Notes: generated from the letters alone by a model not told the origin. A stretch of DNA of 64,000 nucleotides from Thermoanaerobaculia bacterium (GCA_044226625.1 JBGAGQ010000004.1:64001-128000), one strand, 5' to 3'; numbered from the stretch's first letter, positions 10,007 through 19,158 are shown. Numbers and translations are program-made.

Positions 10007-11605
10007 TTGATCTTCTCCAGGCGCCTCTCCAGGAAATCTCCACGATCAGCACGCTGGGCCCAAGCTCGCCGAACCCTTCGGTACGGCGCCCTTTGGGCAA
10101 CCCTCTTCGGAGTGGGGGCGGTGCAGGTCGCCGGGCAGGAGGCGGCTGCGCCGGTCTCCGCGACCGTAGCGGCTGAATCGGTCGGAGCGGTCGGAGCGCC
10201 CGCGTCATTCGACGATTGGATCGTCTACCACGTGACGGTCGAGATGTTCGCCGACAGCAACCGGGCGAACGACGGCGAGATCTCGGGTTGGAAACATCCC
10301 AACTACGCCGGTGGCGACCTCCAGGGCATCCTCGACCACCTCGACCATCTGGAGAAGCTGGGGGTCAACGCGATCTGGCTGTCGCCGGTGTTCGCCGCTC
10401 GCAGCTCGCACGGCTACGACGTCACGAACTACTACCGGATCGGCGACGCGGTGGGCAATCCGGGCAAGCCCGAGGAGTCGCTCGCCCTGTTCCAGAAGCT
10501 GCGGAGCGAGCTGGCCCGGCGCGGCATTCGAACGATCCTCGACATCCCGCTGAACCACGCCGCCGGCACCTACGAGAAACCCGCGGGCGACCCCGACGGC
10601 CTGCGGCCGCGGACCACCGCCGCGCGCCAGGACGCCGAGAAGCTCTGGGACAGCTGGGGCGGCGGCTACCGCTATTGGGACTTCGGGAACGAGCCGACGC
10701 GGCGGTTCCTGAAGAACGTGGCGCTTCACTGGCTGCGCGACGAGGGGGTCGACGGCCTGCGGCTCGACTACGTCCGCGGCGTGCCGCACGACTTCTGGGC
10801 GGAGCTGTACGCGGAGGTCAAGGCGGCCAAACCCGGCGCCCTGCTGCTCGGCGAGTGCTGGCAGGACGAAGGGGGACCGGAAGCCAACGCCCGTGAGATG
10901 GCGACCTACGCCGCGCCGGTCGACGGCAAGCCGCAGTTCGACGCCTTGCTCGACTTTCCGATGCAAGCCGCTCTCACCGCAGCGTTCGCCCGCGGGGGCT
11001 CCGGCAAGGACCTCGAAGCCAGTCTGCAAAGCACCGAGAAGACCGTCGGTCCGGGTGTGGCGCTCGCCCGCTTCCTCGACAACCACGACCTCGCCCGGTT
11101 CATGGCCTGGGCGGATCGGACCGAGCGTCTGACCGCGGCGCTCGGTTTCATGGCGAGCCTGTCCGGACCGGTGGTGATCTACTACGGCACAGAAACCGGG
11201 CTGGCCCACGGCGCCCCGAAACCCGGATTCACCGACGCCGGCCGCATCCCGATGCCGTGGGCCAAGCTCGACGCCGCCCTGGTCGAAAAGACCGCGCGAA
11301 TCTTCACCGCCCGACGCGCCCATCCGGCGCTGATCCACGGCGAACGGCTGCCGCTCCTCGCCGACAAGACAGGCATTGCCTTCGCGAAGCGGACGGCCGA
11401 CGAGACGATCGTCGTCGCCTCGAACCTAGGCACCGCGCCTCGTGAGATCACTTTCGACGCGAAGGGTCTCGCCCCCACCGACTCGACCTTCGAGCCGCTC
11501 TTCGGCGAAGCGAAGCCGAGCTTCGCCACGGCCGAGGGAAACACTCTCCGCTGGACGCTACCGCCCCTGTCGACCACGGCGGTCGTCGTCCGGCCGGCGC
11601 CCTGA
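10007..11605 (+). CDS. Alpha-amylase family glycosyl hydrolase (GH13), secreted
   Basis: GGDLQGI, IWLSPVF, HGYD, catalytic DGLRLD / GECW / DNHD; start uncertain (TTG 10007 chosen). Confidence 0.9.
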   Translation: MIFSRRLSRKSPRSARWAQARRTLRYGALWATLFGVGAVQVAGQEAAAPVSATVAAESVGAVGAPASFDDWIVYHVTVEMFADSNRANDGEISGWKHPNYAGGDLQGILDHLDHLEKLGVNAIWLSPVFAARSSHGYDVTNYYRIGDAVGNPGKPEESLALFQKLRSELARRGIRTILDIPLNHAAGTYEKPAGDPDGLRPRTTAARQDAEKLWDSWGGGYRYWDFGNEPTRRFLKNVALHWLRDEGVDGLRLDYVRGVPHDFWAELYAEVKAAKPGALLLGECWQDEGGPEANAREMATYAAPVDGKPQFDALLDFPMQAALTAAFARGGSGKDLEASLQSTEKTVGPGVALARFLDNHDLARFMAWADRTERLTAALGFMASLSGPVVIYYGTETGLAHGAPKPGFTDAGRIPMPWAKLDAALVEKTARIFTARRAHPALIHGERLPLLADKTGIAFAKRTADETIVVASNLGTAPREITFDAKGLAPTDSTFEPLFGEAKPSFATAEGNTLRWTLPPLSTTAVVVRPAP

Positions 11606-11639
11606 GCCTTCCTTCCGCGCCGGCCCATCGCCGCCAACC

Positions 11640-12539
11640 TCAGACGGCGAGCATCTCCTGGATCCACATCTGCGCGAGCGACGGCGGCGAACCGACGGTC
11701 GCGCGCAGGAGCGTCTTGATCTTCGATTCAAGCGCCGAGGCGATGGCCGCGACGGGCGGGTAGGGCAAGGTGAGGAACGCGAGCCCCGCGCCGGGAAGCG
11801 AGTCCTCGGGACCGTCGACCAGTAACGGCACCAGGTGCGCCGCCCGGCCCGCGAGATCCCAGAACCAGGGACGCGGGGAGAGTCTCTCCCCCGCATCCTC
11901 GACGACGATCAGGGGCCGATGCTCCCGTTCGAGCACACCTCGGACCTCCGTCCGATCCGGAACGTCCAAACCCGAGATCAGCAGGAACGCGGGCTCGCCC
12001 GCGGGAAGCCCCGAGAACGCCCGAGCCAGGGCTTCCGCTTCGAGGGCGACCTCCACAAGCCTCGCTCCGGTATGAAGCCCGAGCGGCTCTTCGAAAGCGC
12101 TCGGCTCGGCTGCCGCGACGAAGGCCGCGCGCCCGGGCACCAGAAACATCTCCGCGAGGCACGAAAGCGCGAGCGTCCGACCCGAGGTCACGATCGGCAG
12201 CGAGGAGAGGATCTCCTCAGGAATGACCAGCCGCTGGCGCGCCCGCCACGCCGCCCGAACCTCAGCGATCCCCTCGACCGGCGAATACAGGAACGAGCGG
12301 TCCCGCGCCTCGTCCGGCAGACCGGAGAGCGCCGCCGCCATCGGTTCGAGCGGCAGCGGGTGGCCATGGCCGTCCGTAATCTGGCCGATCGTTCCGTTGT
12401 ACACGGTCCCACGGGCGTCCGCGGTCTGCTGGGGCAGGAAGTTCGCGGGCTGATAGAGCCGCCGGCCGAGCGGAGAGAGCGCGGCCCAAACGGCGGGCGC
12501 CTCGGCCTGGAGTACGAGATCGGCGGGAGCGGCGCTCAA
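11640..12539 (-). CDS. Degenerate/truncated class I/II aminotransferase-like protein
   Basis: N-terminal half resembles fold-type-I PLP enzymes (NGTIGQITDG, FLYSPVEG, LPIVTSG) but no NP motif, no DxxY, no PLP lysine; only 299 aa. Confidence 0.6.
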   Translation of the reverse strand: MSAAPADLVLQAEAPAVWAALSPLGRRLYQPANFLPQQTADARGTVYNGTIGQITDGHGHPLPLEPMAAALSGLPDEARDRSFLYSPVEGIAEVRAAWRARQRLVIPEEILSSLPIVTSGRTLALSCLAEMFLVPGRAAFVAAAEPSAFEEPLGLHTGARLVEVALEAEALARAFSGLPAGEPAFLLISGLDVPDRTEVRGVLEREHRPLIVVEDAGERLSPRPWFWDLAGRAAHLVPLLVDGPEDSLPGAGLAFLTLPYPPVAAIASALESKIKTLLRATVGSPPSLAQMWIQEMLAV

Positions 12540-14242
12540 AATTCCTCCTCCGCTCCTTTCTGTCGATCTTCAAAGGCGAAATACTGAAGGACGTCTTCCT
12601 CGGTCAAACCCGAAGATCCCAGGAAGCTCGAGCCGGCGCCTTCCTGCGCGGCCGGCGACGGAAACGGTTGCGTCGGATCGGCCGGCGCAGCCGGAGCCGC
12701 CTCTGAGACGGGTGCGACGTGGGCACGACCTCCCGGATCCCCTAGACGCGAGAGCCTGAGTTCCCGGCCGATGCGCGGCTTGACTCTCGCTTCTCCCCCG
12801 ACGAGGCCCTCTACACCGCCGCTCAGGCTCACCTCACTCGCTTCCGCTCGCGACTCGCCGCTTGGATGGAGTTTCAGGCTTACCGGCCGCTCGGCGTCGG
12901 TCGTGACGATCAGTAAGCCCTCCGGGGTCTCGAAATGGATCCTCCTTTCTCCAGCGTCTCCTGACCGGATCGGCCGGATCGCTCCCCGAATCTCGCCCTC
13001 GGCCGATTTCGAGTTGAGGCTTTGGCGGGGCGGCCGGCGAAGTAGCTTCGGCTCCTCCGCGCTCGACGCTTCCGCCGGTAAGCGAAGACGAGCCGTGTTG
13101 GGGAACCGGAAGATCGTCTGGTTCGGCCGGTGTTCCTGCTCGGCCACAGTCACCCCGCCGGGAAATGCGAGCGCATCTTCCCGTCGCACGAGCGGCTTTC
13201 CCAATCTCCCCCGGACCTCCTCCTTGGTCACCTGCGCTCGCCCGAACCCGGCCGCGCCGAATCCCGTTTGTCCCTGCTCCTTGGCATTGGGTCCGATCGG
13301 TCGATAGGTCCGGCGAAAGTTGGGATCGAGAACCGTCTTCGTCGCGCCGCTCCCGATCGCCTCTCGAACGGCAAACCCCTGGCAGGAGTCGCACTGCCGA
13401 AAGCTGTCACCGATCACGGACGATTCGACGAGCCCGGCGGGATCCGCATGCCATTTGGCGCCGATCGTCGAGGGCACGTCCTCGGGAAAAACGTGCCCGA
13501 TCCGCCAAGCTCGGTCGGTTTGGGGTCGATTGGCAGCCGGCTCGAGGCCCGCCTCTCGAAGGATCGAGCTCTGCTCCGCGGTCGCCCCGCCGTATCCGCT
13601 GAGGAAAGCCCGTCGCTCTGCGGTGGCGACGAGCGCGCGCTTTCCGATGTTCGGAATCCGGCTCCGGACGTCGAGCGCCGCGTACGCCTCTTCGGCCGAA
13701 AGGGGCACCAAGGAGCCGGGACCGCCCTCTGTCGAGGACGAAGACGACGAGGCCGGGGAAGGCGAGTCGCTTCCTGGCTCGGGGCTCTTTCGCTTCGGCG
13801 AAACCCCTAGAGAGCTGGGAGTTCGCGCCACATCAGGCGGCAGCAGAGCAGGCGGCCCCACCGGATAGGGCGGCCAAGGCACCGGCGGCAACGTGGACGG
13901 TTGGCTGGAAGACGAAGGGGGGATGCGCGGCGGTGGAGACGAGAGGCCATGGCTCACCGACTGTGAGGCGGGTGATGGAGAAAGGGCGATGGAAACGCCG
14001 GGTGCGCCCGATGGAGCTGAGAGCCTCGGCTTTTTGTTTTTGGCCGGAGTCGCGTCCTCCTCCTCGCCGGGGCCGGCCCGCTGGATCGGCACCGAGGGGA
14101 GCCGCTCGAGCCGATGTCCGAACCCGTTCGTCTCTCGGGCCGCGAGACTCGCCGATCGTCGGTCCGAGCCGGCCAGGCGCGGGCGCGACAGGGGCTCGAC
14201 AGCGGCTGGTATCGCCAGCGGCCGACGCGTGGAGCGAAACAT
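12536..14242 (-). CDS. Putative effector/toxin with zinc deaminase-like domain
   Basis: Leader GHRLERLP..IQR; Pro/Ser-rich linker; WHAD...IGDS.RQCDSCQGF...TVLDP...TYRP core. Confidence 0.55.
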   Translation of the reverse strand: MFRSTRRPLAIPAAVEPLSRPRLAGSDRRSASLAARETNGFGHRLERLPSVPIQRAGPGEEEDATPAKNKKPRLSAPSGAPGVSIALSPSPASQSVSHGLSSPPPRIPPSSSSQPSTLPPVPWPPYPVGPPALLPPDVARTPSSLGVSPKRKSPEPGSDSPSPASSSSSSTEGGPGSLVPLSAEEAYAALDVRSRIPNIGKRALVATAERRAFLSGYGGATAEQSSILREAGLEPAANRPQTDRAWRIGHVFPEDVPSTIGAKWHADPAGLVESSVIGDSFRQCDSCQGFAVREAIGSGATKTVLDPNFRRTYRPIGPNAKEQGQTGFGAAGFGRAQVTKEEVRGRLGKPLVRREDALAFPGGVTVAEQEHRPNQTIFRFPNTARLRLPAEASSAEEPKLLRRPPRQSLNSKSAEGEIRGAIRPIRSGDAGERRIHFETPEGLLIVTTDAERPVSLKLHPSGESRAEASEVSLSGGVEGLVGGEARVKPRIGRELRLSRLGDPGGRAHVAPVSEAAPAAPADPTQPFPSPAAQEGAGSSFLGSSGLTEEDVLQYFAFEDRQKGAEEEF

Positions 14243-14324
14243 GGCGTCCGAATCCTAGCCCGAAACGCGCTCTCGCCCGGCGCCTGGACCGGGTCGCCGC
14301 GCCGCATGGCGCTCGAGAAACGGT

Positions 14325-15872
14325 CTAACCCTCCGGCTCGATCTCGTCCTGCGCCGCCGGCTTCGGCGGCGACGTCGCGGGGGGCGGAGCAGGCAGCACG
14401 GCGGGCCCGAGGCCGGGGGGCCTGCTCCCCGAAGCCGCGGCGAGGAGAGTGGACGCGGGAGGAGGAGGCGGGCCGCCGCGGCCAGTGTAGGCCGCCACCG
14501 AGCTCGACGGCGCCGCGGCGAGGAGCGCGTGCGCGAGAGAGGGGGGCGGCGGAGCGGTGAGGGGCGCCGCCATGCCCGAGACGGTCGAACTGCTCGCCGA
14601 GGCACTTGCCGCGAGGGACACCGCGGCGGCAGTCCCCGAGGCGGCTGCGGCCGCGGCCGCCGCGGGAGGCCTCGGGAGCCGACGAAGGACCCGCGGATGC
14701 GGCGACTGGTCCTTCGCCAGTTTTCTGGTGCGCGGCAGCGCAACGACTTCAGGAGCCTCTCCCCTATCCCGGGCCTCCTGCAACCGCTTGCGTTCGGCGA
14801 CGGTCACCCTGCTCGCCTCGTAGAGGTCGAGGATGTCTTCCTTGCTCACCCCCCCGCGGATCAGAACCTCTTTCGAACGCTTGGCGAAATTCGCCGCGGT
14901 ATCGCCGAGCCCATGAGAGCCCCGCTGCACTTCATCGTTCAAATCCACGACGGCGCCGCTCTCGCGGAGATGCTTCGGGATGCGCACCTTGGCCACCCGA
15001 CGCCCGCCGCGCCCGCTCTCGCTCGCCCAGGCGGCCGTCCTCGACCGGCTGCGGCTGGTGGAAACGAAACCCGATTTGACCTTCGCGCTGGTGCCCGCTC
15101 CGACGTGCTGACTCACGGTGACGTTCGGATCGTGACCGGCCGGAGGCAACAGACCCGTCTCGTACGGGTTTTCCTCCGGGCGCAAGGCTCGAAATACGAC
15201 GTCGGGATCGTCCCGATCGGAGCGGTCCGAATCGCTGTCCGACAGGTGGTGACGACCGGGACGGGGAGCTTTTCGCTTGTTCGGACGGCGGACGGCCGCC
15301 GCGGCGAGCGGAGCTGCCGCGGCCGCGGCGGTGGGAGCCTCGTCGCCGCCCGGAGCGTCGTCATCGTCTTCCGCTGGGGCCGCGGCCGTCGCCGCTCCGG
15401 GGGCCGCGGTCGCCCCGACGTCCGCCCCAAAACCCATCCCCCCTCCTCCACCGCCACCATCCGACCTCGGCCGGTGGGCCGCCAGCGCGAGCCTCAAGGC
15501 ATCGGCCTGTTCGGCCGGAATCAGATCCGGGACGTCGTCGTCGTCTCCGCCCGCCGTGAGGTCCGCCGCGGCCGTCGGCGCGGGAGCCGGTGCGACAGCA
15601 GGCGGGGCAGCCGCGGCAGCCGCGGCGGGCTCGGCCTCGGGGCTTGCGGGGCGGGTCCGCATCCGTCTCCGCTTGCGGACCGGCTTCGGCATGCGCTGCA
15701 CCACATCGGCAGCCTCCGAGGTCGCCGGCAGGCGCTCGAGGGCATGCCCGAGCCGATTCGCCGTTTCGGGTTCGGCGGACCCCGCGGTCGGCGCCGCCGG
15801 ACGGGCCGGCTCTTCTCGCGCCGCGGGAATGGCTCCGTTCGGCGGAGCTGTTCTCAGCGATGACTGGAACAC
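14325..15872 (-). CDS. Putative effector/toxin with ADP-ribosyltransferase-like domain
   Basis: Leader GHALERLP..VVQR; Ala/Asp/Gly-rich linker; VFRAL / FVSTS / KEVL (R-S-E) core. Confidence 0.6.
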   Translation of the reverse strand: MFQSSLRTAPPNGAIPAAREEPARPAAPTAGSAEPETANRLGHALERLPATSEAADVVQRMPKPVRKRRRMRTRPASPEAEPAAAAAAAPPAVAPAPAPTAAADLTAGGDDDDVPDLIPAEQADALRLALAAHRPRSDGGGGGGGMGFGADVGATAAPGAATAAAPAEDDDDAPGGDEAPTAAAAAAPLAAAAVRRPNKRKAPRPGRHHLSDSDSDRSDRDDPDVVFRALRPEENPYETGLLPPAGHDPNVTVSQHVGAGTSAKVKSGFVSTSRSRSRTAAWASESGRGGRRVAKVRIPKHLRESGAVVDLNDEVQRGSHGLGDTAANFAKRSKEVLIRGGVSKEDILDLYEASRVTVAERKRLQEARDRGEAPEVVALPRTRKLAKDQSPHPRVLRRLPRPPAAAAAAAASGTAAAVSLAASASASSSTVSGMAAPLTAPPPPSLAHALLAAAPSSSVAAYTGRGGPPPPPASTLLAAASGSRPPGLGPAVLPAPPPATSPPKPAAQDEIEPEG

Positions 15873-15925
15873 GACAAAGGAAGACTACACCTCTTCGAGG
15901 TGCCGTTTTTCCTCCCGCGTGGCAC

Positions 15926-15934
15926 TGTTAGAAT
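15926..15934 (+). promoter_or_regulatory. Possible extended -10 promoter element upstream of htpG
   Basis: TGnTAGAAT in the divergent intergenic region ~160 nt before htpG. Confidence 0.3.
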
Positions 15935-16092
15935 GCGAAAAAGCCCGGACCGCGGCGACTCCGCGGCTCCGGTCGGCCGTTTGAAACGATCTCGAGCCAA
16001 GCGGTACCTTCGTCCGCCGCACGAGCCGAGACCGTGACCTTCGAGCCGGCCTCAATCGAAACCCAATCCAGATGGAGGTAGAGGAGGACCGT

Positions 16093-18183
16093 ATGGCTGC
16101 CGCTGTCGAGACCCATCAGTTCCAGGCCGAGACCAAGAAGCTGCTCGACCTGATGATCCATTCGCTGTATTCGAACAAAGAGATCTTCCTGCGCGAGTTG
16201 ATCTCGAATGCCTCCGACGCGCTCGATCGGCTCCGCTTCGAAGCGCTCACCCGCCCCGAGCTCCTGGGCGAGGAGAAGCTCGAGATCCGCCTCGACACGA
16301 ACAAGGAGCCGCGCACCCTCACCATTTCCGACAACGGCATCGGCATGAACCGAGACGAGGTGATCGCCAACATCGGCACGATCGCCAAGTCCGGCACCCG
16401 CGAGATGGTCGAACGGATGGAGGGCGCGGAGTCCAAGCAGGCGATCGCCGAGATGATCGGCCAGTTCGGCGTCGGCTTCTACTCGTCGTTCATGGCCGCC
16501 GACAAAGTCGTCCTGGTCACCCGTCGCGCGGGCGAGGACAAGGCCTGGCGCTGGGAGTCGACCGGCGATGGCACCTACCAGATCGAAGAGGCCGAGCGGA
16601 GCGGACACGGCACCTCGATCACCCTCTATCTAAAGCCCGAGGACAAGGAGAACGGTCTCGACGACTTCGCCGAGCGTTGGGCGATCCAGCGGGTGGTCCG
16701 CCGCTACTCCGATTTCGTCACCTATCCGATCGTCCTCAAGGCCGAGAACGACGAGGACCTCGACAAGAAGGTGATGGGCGAGGACGTCCAGGTCCGGGTC
16801 GAGGACAAGGTCCTCAACTCGATGAAGCCGATCTGGACCCGGCCGCAGTCGGAGGTCACCGCCGACGAATACAAGGATTTCTTCCGCCACATCGCGCACG
16901 ACTGGAACGAGCCGCTCAAGGTGCTCTCGTTCAAGGCCGAGGGGCGGATCGAATACCAGGCCCTCCTGTTCATTCCGTCGGAGGCGCCGTACGACCTCTA
17001 CTACGTCGCCTCGAAGCCCGCCCTCCAGCTCTACGTCAAGCGCATCCAGATCATGGAGAAGTGCGAGGACCTGCTGCCGCAGTACCTCCGCTTCGTCCGC
17101 GGTGTGGTCGACTCGCCCGACCTGCAGCTCAACGTCTCGCGCGAAATGCTGCAGCAGGACCGCCACATCGCGCAGATGAAAAAGTGGCTGACCAAGAAGC
17201 TGCTCGAGTCGTTCGAGGAGATGAAGAAGGGCGAGGAGGAAACGTACCTCAAGTTCTGGAAGCAGTTCGGCCGCTGCCTGAAGGAAGGGACCAGCTCGGA
17301 CTATGAGAACAAAGAGAAGCTGATCGAGCTGCTGGTCTTCGAGTCGTCCGCCGACAAGGAGAAGCTCACCTCGTTCGCCGACTACGTCTCCCGCATGCAG
17401 GAGGGGCAGACCGAGATCTTCTACCTGACCGGCGAGTCGCGTGAAGTGGTCGAGAACTCACCCCATCTCGAGGCGTTCAAGGCGAAGGGCATCGAGGTCC
17501 TGTACCTCACCGACACGGTCGACGAGTTGCTGGTCCAGTCGCTCCACGAGGTCCAGGGCAAGAAACTCAAGTCGGTCGAGAAGGGCACCGTCAAGCTGGG
17601 CAACGAGGACGAGCAGAAGAAGATCGAGGCGGAGCTCAAGGAGAAGGAGGAGCACCTTCGCCCGTTCCTCGACCATCTCCAGAAGCTGCTCGACACCCAC
17701 GTCAAGCAGGTCCGCCTGACCAACCGGCTGACCGCTTCGCCGGTTTGCCTGGTCGGCGCCGAGCACGACTACAGCCCGCAGCTCGAGCGGTTGCTCCAGA
17801 AGGGCAAGGGGGGCGGCCCGGCGCAGCGCCGGATCGTCGAGCTCAATCCGAGCCACCCCATCCTCACTCGCCTGCACGGCCTCTGGCACGCCGATCCAAA
17901 GGATCCGCGGATCGAGGATTACGCCCAGATGTTGCTCGGCTACGGCCTGCTCGCCGAGAGCGCCGAGATCCCCGACGTCGTCCGCTTCAACCGCGCGGTC
18001 GCCGACCTGATGACCCGCGGCGTCGCCGACGCGCCGCCCGCCCCCGAACCGGCGCCGAAGCCCGAGGCCGTGGCGGAAGAAGGGAAAGCGGAGCCGGTGG
18101 AGGTCAAGCCGTCCAACGTGGTGATCGAGGTGCCGAAGGCCGAAGCCGCCGCCGAGGCCCCGGTCGCCGACTCGAAGGAGTAG
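16093..18183 (+). CDS. htpG: Molecular chaperone HtpG (Hsp90)
   Basis: HSLYSNKEIFLRELISNASDA, DNGIGM, IGQFGVGFYS, LNVSRE; GAGGAGG RBS before ATG 16093. Confidence 0.98.
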   Translation: MAAAVETHQFQAETKKLLDLMIHSLYSNKEIFLRELISNASDALDRLRFEALTRPELLGEEKLEIRLDTNKEPRTLTISDNGIGMNRDEVIANIGTIAKSGTREMVERMEGAESKQAIAEMIGQFGVGFYSSFMAADKVVLVTRRAGEDKAWRWESTGDGTYQIEEAERSGHGTSITLYLKPEDKENGLDDFAERWAIQRVVRRYSDFVTYPIVLKAENDEDLDKKVMGEDVQVRVEDKVLNSMKPIWTRPQSEVTADEYKDFFRHIAHDWNEPLKVLSFKAEGRIEYQALLFIPSEAPYDLYYVASKPALQLYVKRIQIMEKCEDLLPQYLRFVRGVVDSPDLQLNVSREMLQQDRHIAQMKKWLTKKLLESFEEMKKGEEETYLKFWKQFGRCLKEGTSSDYENKEKLIELLVFESSADKEKLTSFADYVSRMQEGQTEIFYLTGESREVVENSPHLEAFKAKGIEVLYLTDTVDELLVQSLHEVQGKKLKSVEKGTVKLGNEDEQKKIEAELKEKEEHLRPFLDHLQKLLDTHVKQVRLTNRLTASPVCLVGAEHDYSPQLERLLQKGKGGGPAQRRIVELNPSHPILTRLHGLWHADPKDPRIEDYAQMLLGYGLLAESAEIPDVVRFNRAVADLMTRGVADAPPAPEPAPKPEAVAEEGKAEPVEVKPSNVVIEVPKAEAAAEAPVADSKE

Positions 18184-18212
18184 CGCCTGCGGCGCCAGTG
18201 CCGTACGAACAC

Positions 18213-18242
18213 AAAGGGCGGCCAAGAGACGGCCGCCCTTTT
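18213..18242 (+). terminator. Rho-independent terminator after htpG (likely bidirectional)
   Basis: AAAGGGCGGCC-7nt loop-GGCCGCCCTTTT. Confidence 0.8.
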
Positions 18243-18275
18243 CGTTCTCTGCGGTCTTTCCGACCCCAGCGGTTT

Positions 18276-19129
18276 CTACCCTCCCATTGCCAGGCGTCCG
18301 GTCCGGACCTCGGGACGCGCGGGCATTTCCAACACCTTGCCGTAGCGGCGTTCCCGGCGCTGGAACGTCTCGACCGCCGTCCCAAGGTCCTCCGCGCCGA
18401 AATCGGGCCACATCCGCTCGGTGAACACCAGCTCGGCGTAGGCGCACTCCCAGAGCAGGAAATCGGACAGCCTCTGCTCGCCGCCGGTGCGGATCAGGAG
18501 GTCCACGTCCGGCGCGGACGAGCCGTGGATCGCCCCTGCCATCAGGCGGGAGAACGTCTCGCGGTCGACCGCGCCCACGACCGGCAGGGCGCGGAGCCGG
18601 TCCGCGGCGAACAGGATCGCGTCGCGCGCCGAGTAGTCGACCGCGATCCGCAGCCGCAGACGCTCGCCCAAGGCGGTCTTCTCCTCGGCGGTGGAGATCG
18701 CGCGCAGCAGCTCCGGCGACAGCCGGTCGCGCCGGCGGTCTTCTCCTCGGCGGTGGAGATCGCGCGCAGCAGCTCCGGCGACAGCCGGTCGCGCCGGCCG
18801 ATCACTTCGATGCGCACACCGTTTTCCGCGGCTCGGGCCGCCTCGTTGGCGAGGTAGGCGTGGAACAATCGCATCAACGCCGAGACCTCGACCGGCGGAC
18901 GCTGCCAGTTGTCGGAGGAGAAGGCGTAGAGCGTGAGCGTGCCGACGCCCAAGCGCGGCGCCGCCTCGACCGTCCGGCGCACCGCTGTCGCTCCGGCCCG
19001 ATGTCCGGCCGTCCGTGAGCGTCCGCGGCGGGTCGCCCAACGGCCGTTACCGTCCATGATGATCGCCACGTGGAGCGGTCCGGGCTCGGTTTCGCTTCCC
19101 TCGATCGGCATTCCAGCAAAGCGCTTCAT
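18276..19129 (-). pseudogene. uppS: Isoprenyl transferase (UppS-like cis-prenyltransferase), frameshifted by tandem duplication
   Basis: N-half [21 protein letters not shown] in one frame; C-half [25 protein letters not shown] in another; junction is a 62-bp direct duplication. Confidence 0.85.
18672..18795. repeat. Perfect 62-bp tandem duplication
   Basis: 18672-18733 = 18734-18795 (GGCGGTCTTCTCCTCGG...GGTCGCGCC). Confidence 0.95.
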
Positions 19130-19158
19130 TCGGCAAAGTCTCCTGGCAAAAAAGGGGA

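Noticed and set aside
15915-15945. CIRCE element upstream of htpG
   Set aside because: GGCACTG...AATGC lacks the TTAGCACTC-N9-GAGTGCTAA spacing and sequence
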